DNA of 64,000 nucleotides. Source: Octopus bimaculoides (Eukaryota). Below are positions 11,916 through 24,315 of the stretch, piece by piece. Each line of letters starts with the position of its first letter. The first letter of the stretch is position 1. The position numbers were made by a program, and so were the translations under genes. The stretch spans positions 10,785,720 through 10,849,719 of the forward strand of contig NC_068984.1 in NCBI RefSeq assembly GCF_001194135.2, written 5' to 3'. Under the pieces are notes generated by a model. It made no database searches and was not told where the DNA came from. It saw nothing but the letters and a program-made list of their open reading frames with translations.

Positions 11916-13506
11916 AAATTGACAACCCTTTAAGTTGCTTCTTTGGTATCTTACCATCATCCCTTAGAATGTAGAAATGATCAGCCTAAATAACCTTTTA
12001 TTTTTTAATTGGTGTAGTCATTTCAGTTGTGGCAATGCTGAGAAAGATTTAAAAGATATTGAAAGATTTAAACAAATTGATCCCCTTATACTTATTCTTA
12101 AGTATGGTACGCAGTCAGTTGGTCACTTTTGCCAAACCACCAAGTTATAGGAACATAAACAAACCAACACAGGTTGTTGATTACTGGACAAACACAGAGA
12201 TAAAAAATATATATATAAAGAGATAATATATGCTGGTGGCACATAAAAAGCACCCACTACACTCATGGAGTGGTTGGCGTAAGGAAGGGCATCCAGATGT
12301 AGAAACCTTACCAAATCAGATTGGAGCCTGGTGTAGCCTCCCAGCTTGTCAGACCTCAGTCAAACCGTCCAACCCATGCCAGCATGGAAAGTGGATTTTA
12401 AACAATGATGATGATATGTATGTATGTATGTATGTATACACCCCCACACACACACAGAAATGACAGGCTTCCACAGTTTCCATTTACCAAATTCACTCAC
12501 AAGGCATCGGATATCCTAAGGCTATCATAGAAGATACTTACCCAAGGTGTTGCACAGTGAGTTTGAACCTCCAGCCTTATGGTTGCAAAGCAAGCTTCTT
12601 AACCACACAGCTATCCTTGCACCTACAGGAATGAAAGATATAATAAAATATTTTTTCCAATTTCTTCCAAATCACTGCATTTATGTAATAAATAATTAAC
12701 ATTAAGCATATTAATACTTCTCTCTGTATCCTTTACTTGTTCATGTCTAGCACCTAGCTGCCATAGGGGCCTATTATTTCTCCACCTCTGAAAATACAAT
12801 GAACAACATAAAATCAACAGTAATTATTTTGTATTACTAATTTAATTTCAAATCCTATCTGCCACAATGAAACAGTAATGTTTGTGTAGATGGTGTTCGA
12901 CTTCCAGACACACTAAATTGATTATGTTGTGTTTTAAATATTTATTTATTTATTTAACGAGCTATCAGCCAAGGCAACATTAGATGGCATATTGAAGAAA
13001 TAACCCGCATCCCCCTGATATGTGTTAAAAAGCTAGAGGCTTGTTCTCAGTCAAATTCATTAAGAAAAGAAAATTAGGTGATAATATTGCTTTAAAGTAT
13101 GAGAGAAGGGAGACAGATGGGGTGGAGTAGAGAAAGACACAAACACAAACTAGGGAAGAGAAGCAATGACTAGTTCTATCATAAGTCAAAGATAGCAAAA
13201 GACAAAAAGTAAATTAATGTTTTGGTAATTAAATTCTCCAAGTCATAAGCTAAGAATTCCTGAGGAGATATTTTTTTGGTGAATCTTCTACTTTTAAGAA
13301 TTCTCCTTCAAATGACTCAAGATTATAGCAAAGTTTATGTTTAGTAAACAGAAGTGAAGTGGTGATTGTCGAGTGTTTCACTTTAAATCTAATTAATTTG
13401 TTGCTGTTTCTATATATATTACTGTTAAATAACTACGTTGTGTATACATATAGATGTATATGGATGTGTGTATGTGTTATTACACACACACACACACACG
13501 TGTGTG

Positions 13507-13538
<32 letters not shown>

Positions 13539-14058
13539 ATATAATCTTAATAGCAAATCAGTTTATAATTGAGAAACCACACACTTATGTATAAATAAAC
13601 ATAGCTGTGGACAGAGCTTCTAATATATACCTTGTCACCTGGACAAAGTTTCTAATATACACTCAGGCACCCAATTTAAGTCCAGAAAAAAAAGCAATGT
13701 AAGCTATATATGCACCTAAGTGATGTCTAACTTTATAACACCACTTGAAGTCCTTTTAGGCTTCTTACCATCCATGAATGTCACTGTTAACTTTTCTGCT
13801 CTTTTCTTGTTTATGGCGCTTCCATGATTTTTAACTTTACATTTACTGTGTCTTCTGCATGTATTTTTGGTTATTATTACCGTAGTTCTTTACTTGCAGT
13901 ACAGCTGCTTTAAATTGTTTCTTTTACCCTTTTTTTTTTTTTTTGCTTGTCCAACCCATGCTAGCATGGAAAGCGGATGTTAATCGATGATGATGATGAA
14001 AGTTGTGGTGCATCTGCGCACTGTATGTTATACACATGTTAGAATTTTCATTGTTATG

Positions 14059-14334
14059 AATGGAGTGAGGTGGTATGGGCATGTATTGAGGAGGGATGAA
14101 GGGCATGTTCCGAAGAGGGCATGTTTTGGGGTAAATGGTGTGCAAATGCGAGGTAGACTGAGGAAAAAGTGAAGAGGGAGATTGGGAGGGTTGGTTTGAA
14201 AAAAGAGAACACCAAAAGCCAGGTGAGATGGTGTGAGGGCGGTTGCTATGGCATTGAAGTAGATCTGGCCATCCCCGTTAACGGGGACAAAACCTGGATT
14301 TAAAACACTGGATGATGATGATGATGATGATGAT
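14059..14334 (+). mobile_element. Second RTE-clade LINE, 3' coding remnant with short UTR and (GAT)n tail
   Basis: Translation NGVRWYGHVLRRDEGHVPKRA...RGRLRK (RTE RWYGHVLR and RGRPRK motifs). Palindrome CCCCGTTAACGGGG at 14273-86; tail (gat)7. Confidence 0.75.
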
Positions 14335-15659
14335 TTTGCTTAGTAACATTTCATGTCTTTACATTCTAGGTTCAAATTCTTATTTCTTTATTGCCCACAA
14401 GCAGTTCGGCAAAAGGGATGGATAGAACAAGTAGTAGACTTACAAGGAATAAGTCCTCAGGTCGATTTGTTCGACTATAGGCGACGCTCCAGTATGGCTG
14501 CAGTCAGATGACTGAAACAAGGAAAAGAATAAAAGAATAAAGGAATATATGTAGGCTGATATATGCACACACACACTTGTATACATATATCAGCACAGGC
14601 ATGGCTGTGTAGTTAACAAGTTTGTTTCCAACCATATGGTTTAGGGTCAAGTGTCTTCTAGTATGGCCTTGGGCCAACCAAAGCCTTGTGAGTGGATTTG
14701 GTAGAGAGAAACTGAAAAAAAAATAACTTATTGTTTGTGTGTGTGCGTTTAGGGAACAGTTTTATGGTCTCCTTGTCTTGGTGTTGCCTGGTTGTTGCAA
14801 ATAAGTGTCTTTATCATTCAGGCAGTGTTCTTCACCTTCAGTCTTCCATGGAAATCATTTCTGGTCATGGAGGAAGTATTACATTGTTTGGAAACAAGTG
14901 AGGGATGACAACAGGAAGGGTGTCCAGTTGTAGAAAATCTGCCTTAATGAATTCCATCTAACCCGCGCAAGCATGGAAAAGGAACATTAAAGCTATGATG
15001 TTGATGATGATAATAACGATGTTGGTTTTGAAAAGAATGCCAATTTACATAATCACCATTTTCCTAATTCTACTCTAAAAGCAGCATCATTGGCCATTAT
15101 TGATGAATTTCCTTGAAATATTACTGGCCAAATCCTTTATTCCTGTCTGTTTTAATTATGGAGGTCAAAGGTTTGATTTGTCTTGATCTTTTTATTCCTT
15201 GTCTTTACCACAATCCTTCAATCCATAAAATTTATTTGTTCTTAAATCCCTTTGTTATCATTTTCTCATGCCTCTTCATTCCTGTCACTTCTGTTTAACT
15301 CCAAATCAGCCACAAACAAGCCAACCAGGAGTTCAATTCTAGCCATTGACTATACCAGCTTTCTTTATGATTTATTTTATTTTCCATATAGAGTGTATTT
15401 AGAATTACATTATCCAGTGGATCCTTCAATTTTGAAGACATCAGAATGTAATTTAAAGGAGATTTAACTGTTATTTCTATTGGACTATGTGACTACATGG
15501 AAGCAATATGTGATAGAATAAGGAAGTAATATCTTTAATTTCTAACATATAACAATTTTCTCATAGCTTATCATTCTTGTTGTTTAGCTCTGGATTAGAC
15601 ATAATCAAGTATAAACTAACCAATGGGTCTGTCACATTTTAAATCATTAGGGCAATATG

Positions 15660-15875
15660 AAGGCTTGGGGCCTAGTGGTTAGGGTGTTGTACTCCCAATC
15701 AGATGATCATAGTTTCAATTTCTGGACCAGGTGATGCATCGTGTTCTTGAGCAAAACACTTCATTTCACATTGTCCCCAGTCCACTAAGCTATAAATGAG
15801 TTCCAGCAATAGCTGCAAAGTTAAATCTGCAATGGACTGGCATTCTATCCAGGGTGGTGGGTGGTGATGGGTAGC
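15660..15875 (+). mobile_element. tRNA-derived SINE with V-domain-like tail
   Basis: A-box ggcctagtggttagg; central tgttcttgagcaaaacacttc; tail ctgcaatggactggcattctatccaggg, which resembles V-SINE bodies (recalled). Confidence 0.55.
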
Positions 15876-15987
15876 TGCTGTAATCTCACTCATTTAACTG
15901 CTATGGAAATCATGCCAAGCTCCCAACATTTTGAGTTCTAGGGCTTTTGACTAAGTCAAAATATGTAATTTAAAGGTTTAATGGAGG

Positions 15988-16216
15988 TTTCTTTATTGCC
16001 CACAAGGGGCTAAACATAGAGGGGACAAACAAGGACAGACAAAGGGATTAAGTCGATTACATCGACCCCAGTGCGTAACTGGTACTTAATTTATCAACCC
16101 CGAAAGGATGAAAGGCAAAGTCGACCTCGGCGGAATTTGAACTCAGAACATAACGGCAGACGACATACCACTAAGCATTTCGCCCGGCGTGCTAACGATT
16201 CTGCCAGCTCGCCACC
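15988..16216 (-). mobile_element. SINE family B, young full-length copy
   Basis: Reverse complement reads ggtggcgagctggcagaatcgttagcacgccgggcgaaatgcttag...gagttcaaattccgccgaggtcgactttgcctttcatcctttcggggttgataaattaagtaccag. Confidence 0.9.
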
Positions 16217-16884
16217 TTAATTTACCTACTATTTCTGGCACGCAGTGTGACTGCATATAAGATATAATAGAACATAGAAAGTAATATCTTTAATCACCAA
16301 CCGTATAAAGATCCAAAAGTGAACATTCAAAGTTAGAAAAAAAATAAAGACTATCTTTGTATGAAATTTAAATGATCATTAATGTTTATGTTCTTTATGT
16401 TTAAATTGAATATTTTCACACACTTTTTACAGAAGTCAAATTGCATTTATATAAAGAAGTAATTTTCTGGAAAATATTCCAAAGACTTTTGAATATTATC
16501 AATGTCTTAACGGTGCTTTATTAGAACCATTCAAAGAATTTAGATTTAAGACTTTCCTTCTATTTCCGCTTATACATGAATACTAAAAGTAAGGTGTTTT
16601 CTTGACAATTTTTGTACTTTTCCTTTGGTTCTTTGATCTAATCTGAAAATGATGATTCTTATTGAATTAACCAAAATTGTTTACCCCAGTTCTTTCTATT
16701 CCCCTTCTAATTTCCTTAGAGTCTCTCCCCACTCCTTTTTTTGTCTGGTCCCCAAATTCTCTATATCTATTTCTAAGCAAACTTTCTTGTTCTTTATCTT
16801 TTCACTGTTCCTTGCTATTTTGTCATTTCAAAATTTATTACCTACTTTCACTTTCCTCACACTATTCCTCCTCCTCCTCCCTCC

Positions 16885-16928
<44 letters not shown>

Positions 16929-17263
16929 NNNNNNNNNNNNNNNNNNNNNNNNNNNNNNNNNNNNNNNNNNNNNNNNNNNNNNNNNNNNNNNNNNNNNNNN
17001 NNNNNNNNNNNNNNNNNNNNNNNNNNNNNNNNNNNNNNNNNNNNNNNNNNNNNNNNNNNNNNNNNNNNNNNNNNNNNNNNNNNNNNNNNNNNNNNNNNNN
17101 NNNNNNNNNNNNNNNNNNNNNNNNNNNNNNNNNNNNNNNNNNNNNNNNNNNNNNNNNNNNNNNNNNNNNNNNNNNNNNNNNNNNNNNNNNNNNNNNNNCA
17201 AGTAGTTAGCATGAAAAAACCTCATAAGGGAAAAATTTATTAATTATTCCCTATAAATATATT

Positions 17264-17345
17264 TATTTATATAAGGGCATTACTATACATAAATGCAAAC
17301 TCCTATTGTGAGGCATTTATGTATAGTAATGCCCTTATATAAATA
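17264..17345. repeat. Perfect 33-bp inverted repeat with 16-nt spacer
   Basis: tatttatataagggcattactatacataaatgc (17264-96) and gcatttatgtatagtaatgcccttatataaata (17313-45). Confidence 0.9.
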
Positions 17346-17845
17346 TATATATATATATGTAATATAAATAATATATAAATATATGCATATATACATACAT
17401 ATATGTACATACCTACATATATATGTATATATACATGCATATATAGGTACAGGACATCAAAAAAACATAGATAAAATGAGAAACAAAAACATAGAAAACA
17501 AACTTTTTTCAAACAACGAAAAAACAAACAAATTGAGAAACGAGACAGACAATATAAAGAACATTCCCTTCATCAGTTGTCCCCTGTTTTATCCACTCTG
17601 CATTTTGAAGGTAAGGACAAGACGTGACTTCATTAAAACAGTTCTTCCTGCAAAGCAAATTAAATAAAATTTGGGATTTTTTGTGGAGGGTGAAAGTGGT
17701 AACAAAAACAGGACAGTGAGAACAAGACAGTAAAAACAAATGGTGAGGGTTGTTAAGCCAAGATGAGGTGAAGTGGTGATCGCTGGAAAAATGAGCTTTG
17801 AGCAGAGAGGGGCAAAAACACGTCTTGTCTTTAGGAAGGAAGTGG

Positions 17846-17890
<45 letters not shown>

Positions 17891-17981
17891 NNNNNNNNNN
17901 NNNNNNNNNNNNNNNNNNNNNNNNNNNNNNNNNNNNNNNNNNNNNNNNNNNNNNNNNNNNNNNNNNNNNNNNNNNNNNNAT

Positions 17982-18191
<210 letters not shown>

Positions 18192-18414
18192 TGATATCAC
18201 TGTTTTCTTGTTGGCATCACTTGTTGTTACGTTCCTCTACATTCTGAATTCTGAGGTCAAATCCCGAAGGATGAGAAGCCATGTTAGAAGTCTGTGGAAC
18301 TTCTAAAATCAAATATTACAGATATCGAAAGCATTATGTTTGTAAAATAATTTTGCATATATTCACAAATTAGTCATCTCTCTTTACATGTGTGTGTATG
18401 TGTGTGTGTGATCA

Positions 18415-18610
18415 TCATCCTCATCATTTAGCATTTACCATGCTGGCATGGGTTAGACAGTTCAACTGGAACTGGCAGGCCAGAGAGCTGCATCAGATTC
18501 CAGTCTAGTTTGGCTTGGTTTCTATGGCTAGATGCTCTTCCTAATGCCAACCACTCCAAGAGTATAGTGGGTGCCTTTTACATGTCACCAGCACTGGCCA
18601 CGACTATGAT
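18415..18610 (-). mobile_element. RTE family D 3' end
   Basis: (cat)n followed by the reverse complement of the terminal module. Confidence 0.8.
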
Positions 18611-18828
18611 TTCATTTAGCTTTATGTGTCTTCTCAAGCGCAGTAAATTGCCAAATGTATGTATGTATGTATGTACATACGTACATATATATATGTAGGA
18701 CACTCCGTAAAGTGGTTGGTATTAGAAAGAGCACCTGACCATAGAGACCAAGCTAAATAAGACTGGAACATTGGTGAGGCTCTCCAGCTTGCCAGTTCTG
18801 GTTAAACTGTCTATGATGATGATGATGA

Positions 18829-18888
<60 letters not shown>

Positions 18889-18894
18889 GTATAT

Positions 18895-19280
18895 ATCGTG
18901 TCGGTGGCACATAAAAAGCACCATTCGATCATGGTCGATGCCAGTGTTGGTTGACTGGCTCCTGTGCCAGTGACACATAAAAAGCACCATTCAAGCATGG
19001 TCGTTGCCAGTGCCCACTGACTGGCTCCTGTGCCAGTGGAATGTAAAAAGCACCATTCATGTGTGGTTGATGCCAATACCACCTGACTAGCTCTCATGCC
19101 GGTGGCATGTAAAAAGCACCCACTACACTCTCAGAGTGGATGGTGTTAAGAAGGGCATCCAGCTGTAGAAACCTTACCAGATCAGATTGGAGTCTGGTGC
19201 AGCCTTCTGGCTTGCCAGCCTTCAGTCAAACGGTCCAACCCATGCCAGCATGGAAAATGGACGTTAAATGATGATGATGA
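18895..19280 (+). mobile_element. RTE family D 3'UTR with four hairpin units and (GAT)n
   Basis: Four roughly 60-bp units with gtgccagtggca/aaaaagcacc, then the terminal module. Confidence 0.85.
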
Positions 19281-20380
19281 TATGCAAGACTAGATAAGCA
19301 GTTTTTTTCACAACCACATGGCTTCAGGTTCAGTCTCACTGCATGGTACCTAAGACAAGTGTCTTCTATTATAGCCCCGGCATGACCAATGCCTTATAAG
19401 TGATTTCAGTTGATGGAGATTGAAAAAGAAGCCTTTTATGTGTGTGTGTTGCAGGGGTTGGGGTATCTCTTTATTTTGACATGAAACGATTATGGTAATC
19501 AAACTTCACTGGCAGATAAGCACTGGTGTTTGATTGTAGTCTTCCACGTAAAAATATGTCTGAAATAGGGGAAAATATTACTTTCCTTGAAGACAGGTAA
19601 TGGTTGCCCTAGGAAGGGCATCCAGATCTAGCAACCATGCCAAAGCAGACACTGAAACATGATGCTGTTACTTGGATCGGTCAGATCCTGTCAAACCATC
19701 CTACCCATGCCAGCATGGAACATGGACATAAAATAATGATGATGATGATTATATTAGCAGACATCTAACAAAATGGTTAATGTAGTCCAAGACCATACTG
19801 ATACATGGAATGCTCTTTATGTAGAGACTATGTTTATCAGTATTTGATTAGCAATTCATATGCCATAAGTTTTCTTAGTCACTGCTAATTGGAGTTAATT
19901 AACTCTGCTAACATTCGTATTATCCATCTTATCAATTCAAACATCATACTATCACAATTATCATGCTGCATATTATGTCATCATGACATCAGGCCACCAC
20001 AATACCACAGGGGTCAACACACAACCACAGTTATCTTACATCTCCCATAATTGTACCACATGGTGGTATCATACCACCACTGATGTCATTATACGTTGTC
20101 ACATCATCACCACCAACACCACCATCACTGCCCCCATCATCACCACCATCACTAAACTATGGTCGTTGTACCACTGTGCAACTGCTGTCATCAAATTGAT
20201 TAGGAACCTTTTTGAACTTGCTAGAATTAACGGCTAAATTATTCACCAAATCACACTGTCTAAAAATGTATTGGAAAAAAATCTCAATGAACTGACTGTA
20301 GCCACCAGTTCCTGTCAAGTCGTCCAACCCATGCCAGCACAAAAAACAGACGTTAAAGGTAATAACAATGAGATCTATAT

Positions 20381-20382
<2 letters not shown>

Positions 20383-20414
<32 letters not shown>

Positions 20415-20464
20415 ATACATATATATATACATACATATATATATATATACATGCATATATATAA

Positions 20465-20537
<73 letters not shown>

Positions 20538-20687
20538 CATACATATATATATATATACATATATATATACATACATACATATATATATATTACACATATA
20601 CACACACACACACATATATATAATATATATATACATATATATATATATACATATACATACACACACACACACACCACACACACACAC

Positions 20688-20754
<67 letters not shown>

Positions 20755-20951
20755 ATATATATATATATATATANNNNNNNNNNNNNNNNNNNNNNNNNNN
20801 NNNNNNNNNNNNNNNNNNNNNNNNNNNNNNNNNNNNNNNNNNNNNNNNNNNNNNNNNNNNNNNNNNNNNNNNNNNNNNNNNNNNNAATATATATATACAT
20901 ATATATATATATACATATACATACACACACACACACACCACACACACACAC

Positions 20952-21020
<69 letters not shown>

Positions 21021-21032
21021 ATATATATATAT
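20383..21032. repeat. Compound (TA)n/(TACA)n/(CA)n microsatellite with an internal gap
   Basis: Seen directly. Similar tracts flank most N gaps (about 1515, 5260, 16890, 17850, 35300, 43560, 49600, 54200, 60130). Confidence 0.95.
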
Positions 21033-21039
21033 GAACACT

Positions 21040-21215
21040 ATTCAATTTTTTTTCTCCGTGTTTTTCTCCTTGTCTCCGTATTCTTTCTGTTGAAGAGCGT
21101 AGCTCGAAACGTCAAAGACTTTCCGTATTCCCGAGCGTCATACTAATATATACTTTTGTTATTTACACCATCTGTCCTCATCTGTTGTTATTATTTGTAC
21201 ATTCTCCCATATTTA
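21040..21215 (+). mobile_element. Penelope-like element terminal repeat fragment next to (TA)n
   Basis: Homologous to 63440-63615 and 29945-30125 (gaagagc...gaaacgt...aaagact...ctaata...tttacacc..ctgtc). The 62830 copy carries a GIY-YIG C-terminal remnant. Confidence 0.65.
21082..21118 (+). ncRNA. Minimal type I hammerhead-ribozyme-like motif (PLE-associated, U6 variant)
   Basis: Stem I TCTTT/AAAGA; core CTGTTGA plus A; stem II GAG-cgtag-CTC; GAAAC-GTC with palindromic ACGT stem III. This is the architecture of minimal PLE hammerheads that cleave as dimers. Confidence 0.5.
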
Positions 21216-21735
21216 AAAATTATATTGATATGATTGTCAGCCCTCCTTTGAACTTAATAACATTGCCCTCTTGTAGCTTCAGTTCTTTGCTGCTAATGCC
21301 ATTTCAGCCATTACACGTTGACCTCTTAATCAAGCCATGTCAACGTTCTGTAATCACATGATTCCGAACTAAGTTAATAAAACAGTGCTGTGCAGAAAAT
21401 ACGGATCAATAGATTTAATAATCATGGTGTTATTCCAGGACCTGCATCGAGAGGCATTTCTTCTTTCCCCCCCCCCTTCTTTTATCTTACTAGAGTCTAA
21501 ACAAAACACTGGACTAAAATATATACAAGAAGTAGCAGCGGTGGTGGTGGTGGTGGTGATGATGATGATGATGATGATGATGATAGACGGGTAGTCATGA
21601 TGGGTATACTGGGCTTCGTATATTTTACCCCAGTGTCACTTTGATGGCATGCCCTACTCTCTCACTCAATAATAATAATAATAGTAGTAGTAGTAGTAGT
21701 AGTAATAATAATAATAATAATGATAATAATAATAA

Positions 21736-22016
21736 TAGAGGTAACTCGAATGTGGAATCTAAAAACAGAAACAATTCGTATTATAGTAGGTGCCTTAGGT
21801 ATAATAAAAAATTATTCAGGCAAATACATAACAAAAACACCAGGACTTACAAATATATATAACATACAGAAAATTGCACTACTGGGTACTGCACACATCC
21901 TACGCAAAACACCTTCAATACAGTAAACATGAGAGCACCACAGCACATACCCAAGGCGCACAGAGCTGCGCTCGGTTGTGAAGTGAAAGCACATTATAAA
22001 AATAAAACTACTGAAC

Positions 22017-22050
<34 letters not shown>
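21736..22050 (+). mobile_element. Dong/R4-like RLE retrotransposon 3' end in (AAT)n
   Basis: Translation EVTRMWNLKTETIRIIVGALGIIKNYSGKYITKTPGLTNIYNIQKIALLGTAHILRKTPSIQ*; 3'UTR and (AAT)n on both sides. Sister of 3686-4002. Confidence 0.8.
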
Positions 22051-22051
<1 letters not shown>

Positions 22052-22128
22052 TTGAGCCAGAGATGTCCAGTGACATTTCTAGTTTGCTCTTTTCAGTGAT
22101 GAAATGAAGACTGCTCATCTGATTGGTG

Positions 22129-22162
<34 letters not shown>

Positions 22163-22321
22163 TAATGTGGAGGAGGAGGAAAAGGAGATCTGGTGAATGT
22201 GTGTATACTATGGGATTTTCCTCAGTNNNNNNNNNNCTTCAAAATTTTCTATGACAGTTACTGATATCACTACCAGATAGTTTGAGGTTTTCTTTTTTTT
22301 AATTGATGGCAGTTGCAATAG

Positions 22322-22367
<46 letters not shown>

Positions 22368-22469
22368 TGATGATGATGGCAGTGGTGATGATTATGATTT
22401 CATTTATTTGCCACAAGGGTGCAGGATGAGGGGGACAACACAAAACAGACAAGTGTTGTAATGTATTTA

Positions 22470-23035
22470 GTTGTATCTTGGGACGGTCATTTTGCCAATA
22501 ATAAACACACACTGATTCTATTTCACCTCTTTTATTATTAATTATTAATTGGTTAGCTGATTAACCAGGTGTTGAGAGAGCTTGTCATTGAAGAGTTTGC
22601 AAATGGTGACGAAAAGATTTTAAGAAACATAATTGATTGATTAATCAAAGAATTGATTAGTTAATTGGTTAAATAGCTATAATCATCATCATCATCATCA
22701 TTTAATGTCCACTTTCTATGCTAGCATGGGTTGGACGATTTCAATGGGGACTGGCGAACCAGATGGCTACACCAGACTCCAATCTGGTTCGCCAGTCCGC
22801 AGTCAAATCATCCAACCCATGCTAGCATGGATAGCAGACATTAAATGATGATGATGATGATTATAGCTATTAACCAATTAACTAATCACTATAATCATTA
22901 TCATCATCATCATCATCATTTAACGTCCACTTTCCATGTTAGCATGGGTTGGACAATTTAACTGGGGACTGATGAATAATAAATAGAACCAGTGCATGTG
23001 TTTATTATTGTCATAACGACCCTCCCAAGATACAC
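22470..23035. mobile_element. Long-TIR foldback family copy interrupted by a rearranged RTE 3' end
   Basis: Left tgtatcttgggacggtcattttgccaataataaacacacactgattctattt is inverted relative to right aaatagaaccagtgcatgtgtttattattgtcataacgacctcccaagataca. Confidence 0.55.
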
Positions 23036-23637
23036 CAAAATATGCTTGGTGAGAAATCATGCTCAAAATCACTTCAAAATTATGATTTATTGATGGAAAC
23101 AAGCTGAGCTTAATTTGACAAACAATTGTTAACATTGAAGAAAATTTACTTTTGTCCATAAAACATCTGATTCTGCTAGCTTGATAATTCCTGCATTATC
23201 GCAGCCCCAGTTGCTTCCGATTAGAATTTAAATGGTAAACTCCTGCCTTTCATTACTCCTGTTGCATGCATTGATCTGAAATTTAATGATGTATTTGACA
23301 TGTCTTCAACATATTGAATATTCATCGGTTTTAGAATTACTACTGGCCAACTTATACAATCAGAAGAATTTTGGTATCGGTTGTCACTTTATATTGCAAA
23401 ACCAAAATCAATTACTAGCATAGGCACAGGTATGGGTGTTTGGTTGAAAAATTTGCTTCTGAATCATGTAGCCTCAGGTTCAAACCCACACTGTGGCATC
23501 TTGAGTAGGTATCTTCTACTATAGACCCACGTCAACTAAGTCTTTAAAAGTGCATTTGATAGACAGAAACTGAAAGATGTGTGTGTCTACCTTGATATTC
23601 ATTAGGGTTGTAAATGAGCATCACCATCACACAAGTG

Positions 23638-24315
23638 ATCATCATCATCATCATTTAACGTCTGCTTTCCATGCTAGCATGGGTTGGACGATTTGACTGA
23701 GAACTGGCGAACCAGATGACTACACCAGGCTCCAATATGATTTGGCAGAGTTTCTACAGCTGGATGCCCTTCCTAACGCCAACCACTCCGATAGTGTAGC
23801 GGGTACTTTTTACATGCCACTGGCAACAGCCATGCTCAAATGGTTTTTTTTTCACGTGCCACCTGCACAGGAGTCAGTCCAATGTTTTTTTCACATGCCA
23901 CAGGCACAGGTGCCAGTAAGGCGAAGCTGGAAACGACCACATTCAAATAGTGCCTTTTATATGCCACCGGCACGGAAGCGAGGCTGCTGCTTTGGCAGTG
24001 ATCCCACTCAGATGGTGCTGTCAGCGCTCCACTGGCATGGGTGCCAGTCATCGAATTTGGTTCAGTTTCGAATTCACTTGCCTGAACAGGTCTTTGCAAG
24101 CAGGGTTTTGTGTCCAAAGAAGGAAAGGTACGCATAAGTGGGCTGGCTACACCCCTGGTAAAGGCCATGGGTTATGGTCTCACTTGTCTTGCCAGATCTT
24201 CTCACGCACAGCATATTTCCAAAGGTCTCGGTCACAAGTCATTGCCTCAGTGAGGCTTAATGTTCACAGGTCGTGCTTCACCACCTCATCCCATGTCTTC
24301 CTGGGTCTACCTCTG
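23638..24315 (-). mobile_element. RTE LINE (family D) 3' fragment with last ORF2 codons and complete 3'UTR
   Basis: Minus translation RGRPRKTWDEVVKHDL*TLSLTEAMTCDRDLWKYAVREKIWQDK*, then a UTR colinear with 28700-29225 and a (GAT)n tail. Confidence 0.9.

Noticed and set aside
17555-17625. Minus-strand CTGATGAAGGG as a possible hammerhead core
   Set aside because: I could not build convincing stems or a correctly placed GAAA in this copy.
18895-19110. Repeat-spacer look of the hairpin units, superficially CRISPR-like
   Set aside because: The linkers are homologous to each other, the array is part of an RTE 3'UTR, the context is eukaryotic and there are no cas genes.
20590-21032. Identical compound microsatellite on both sides of the gap at 20774-20885
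   Set aside because: Most likely unmerged overlapping contig ends rather than a real duplication.
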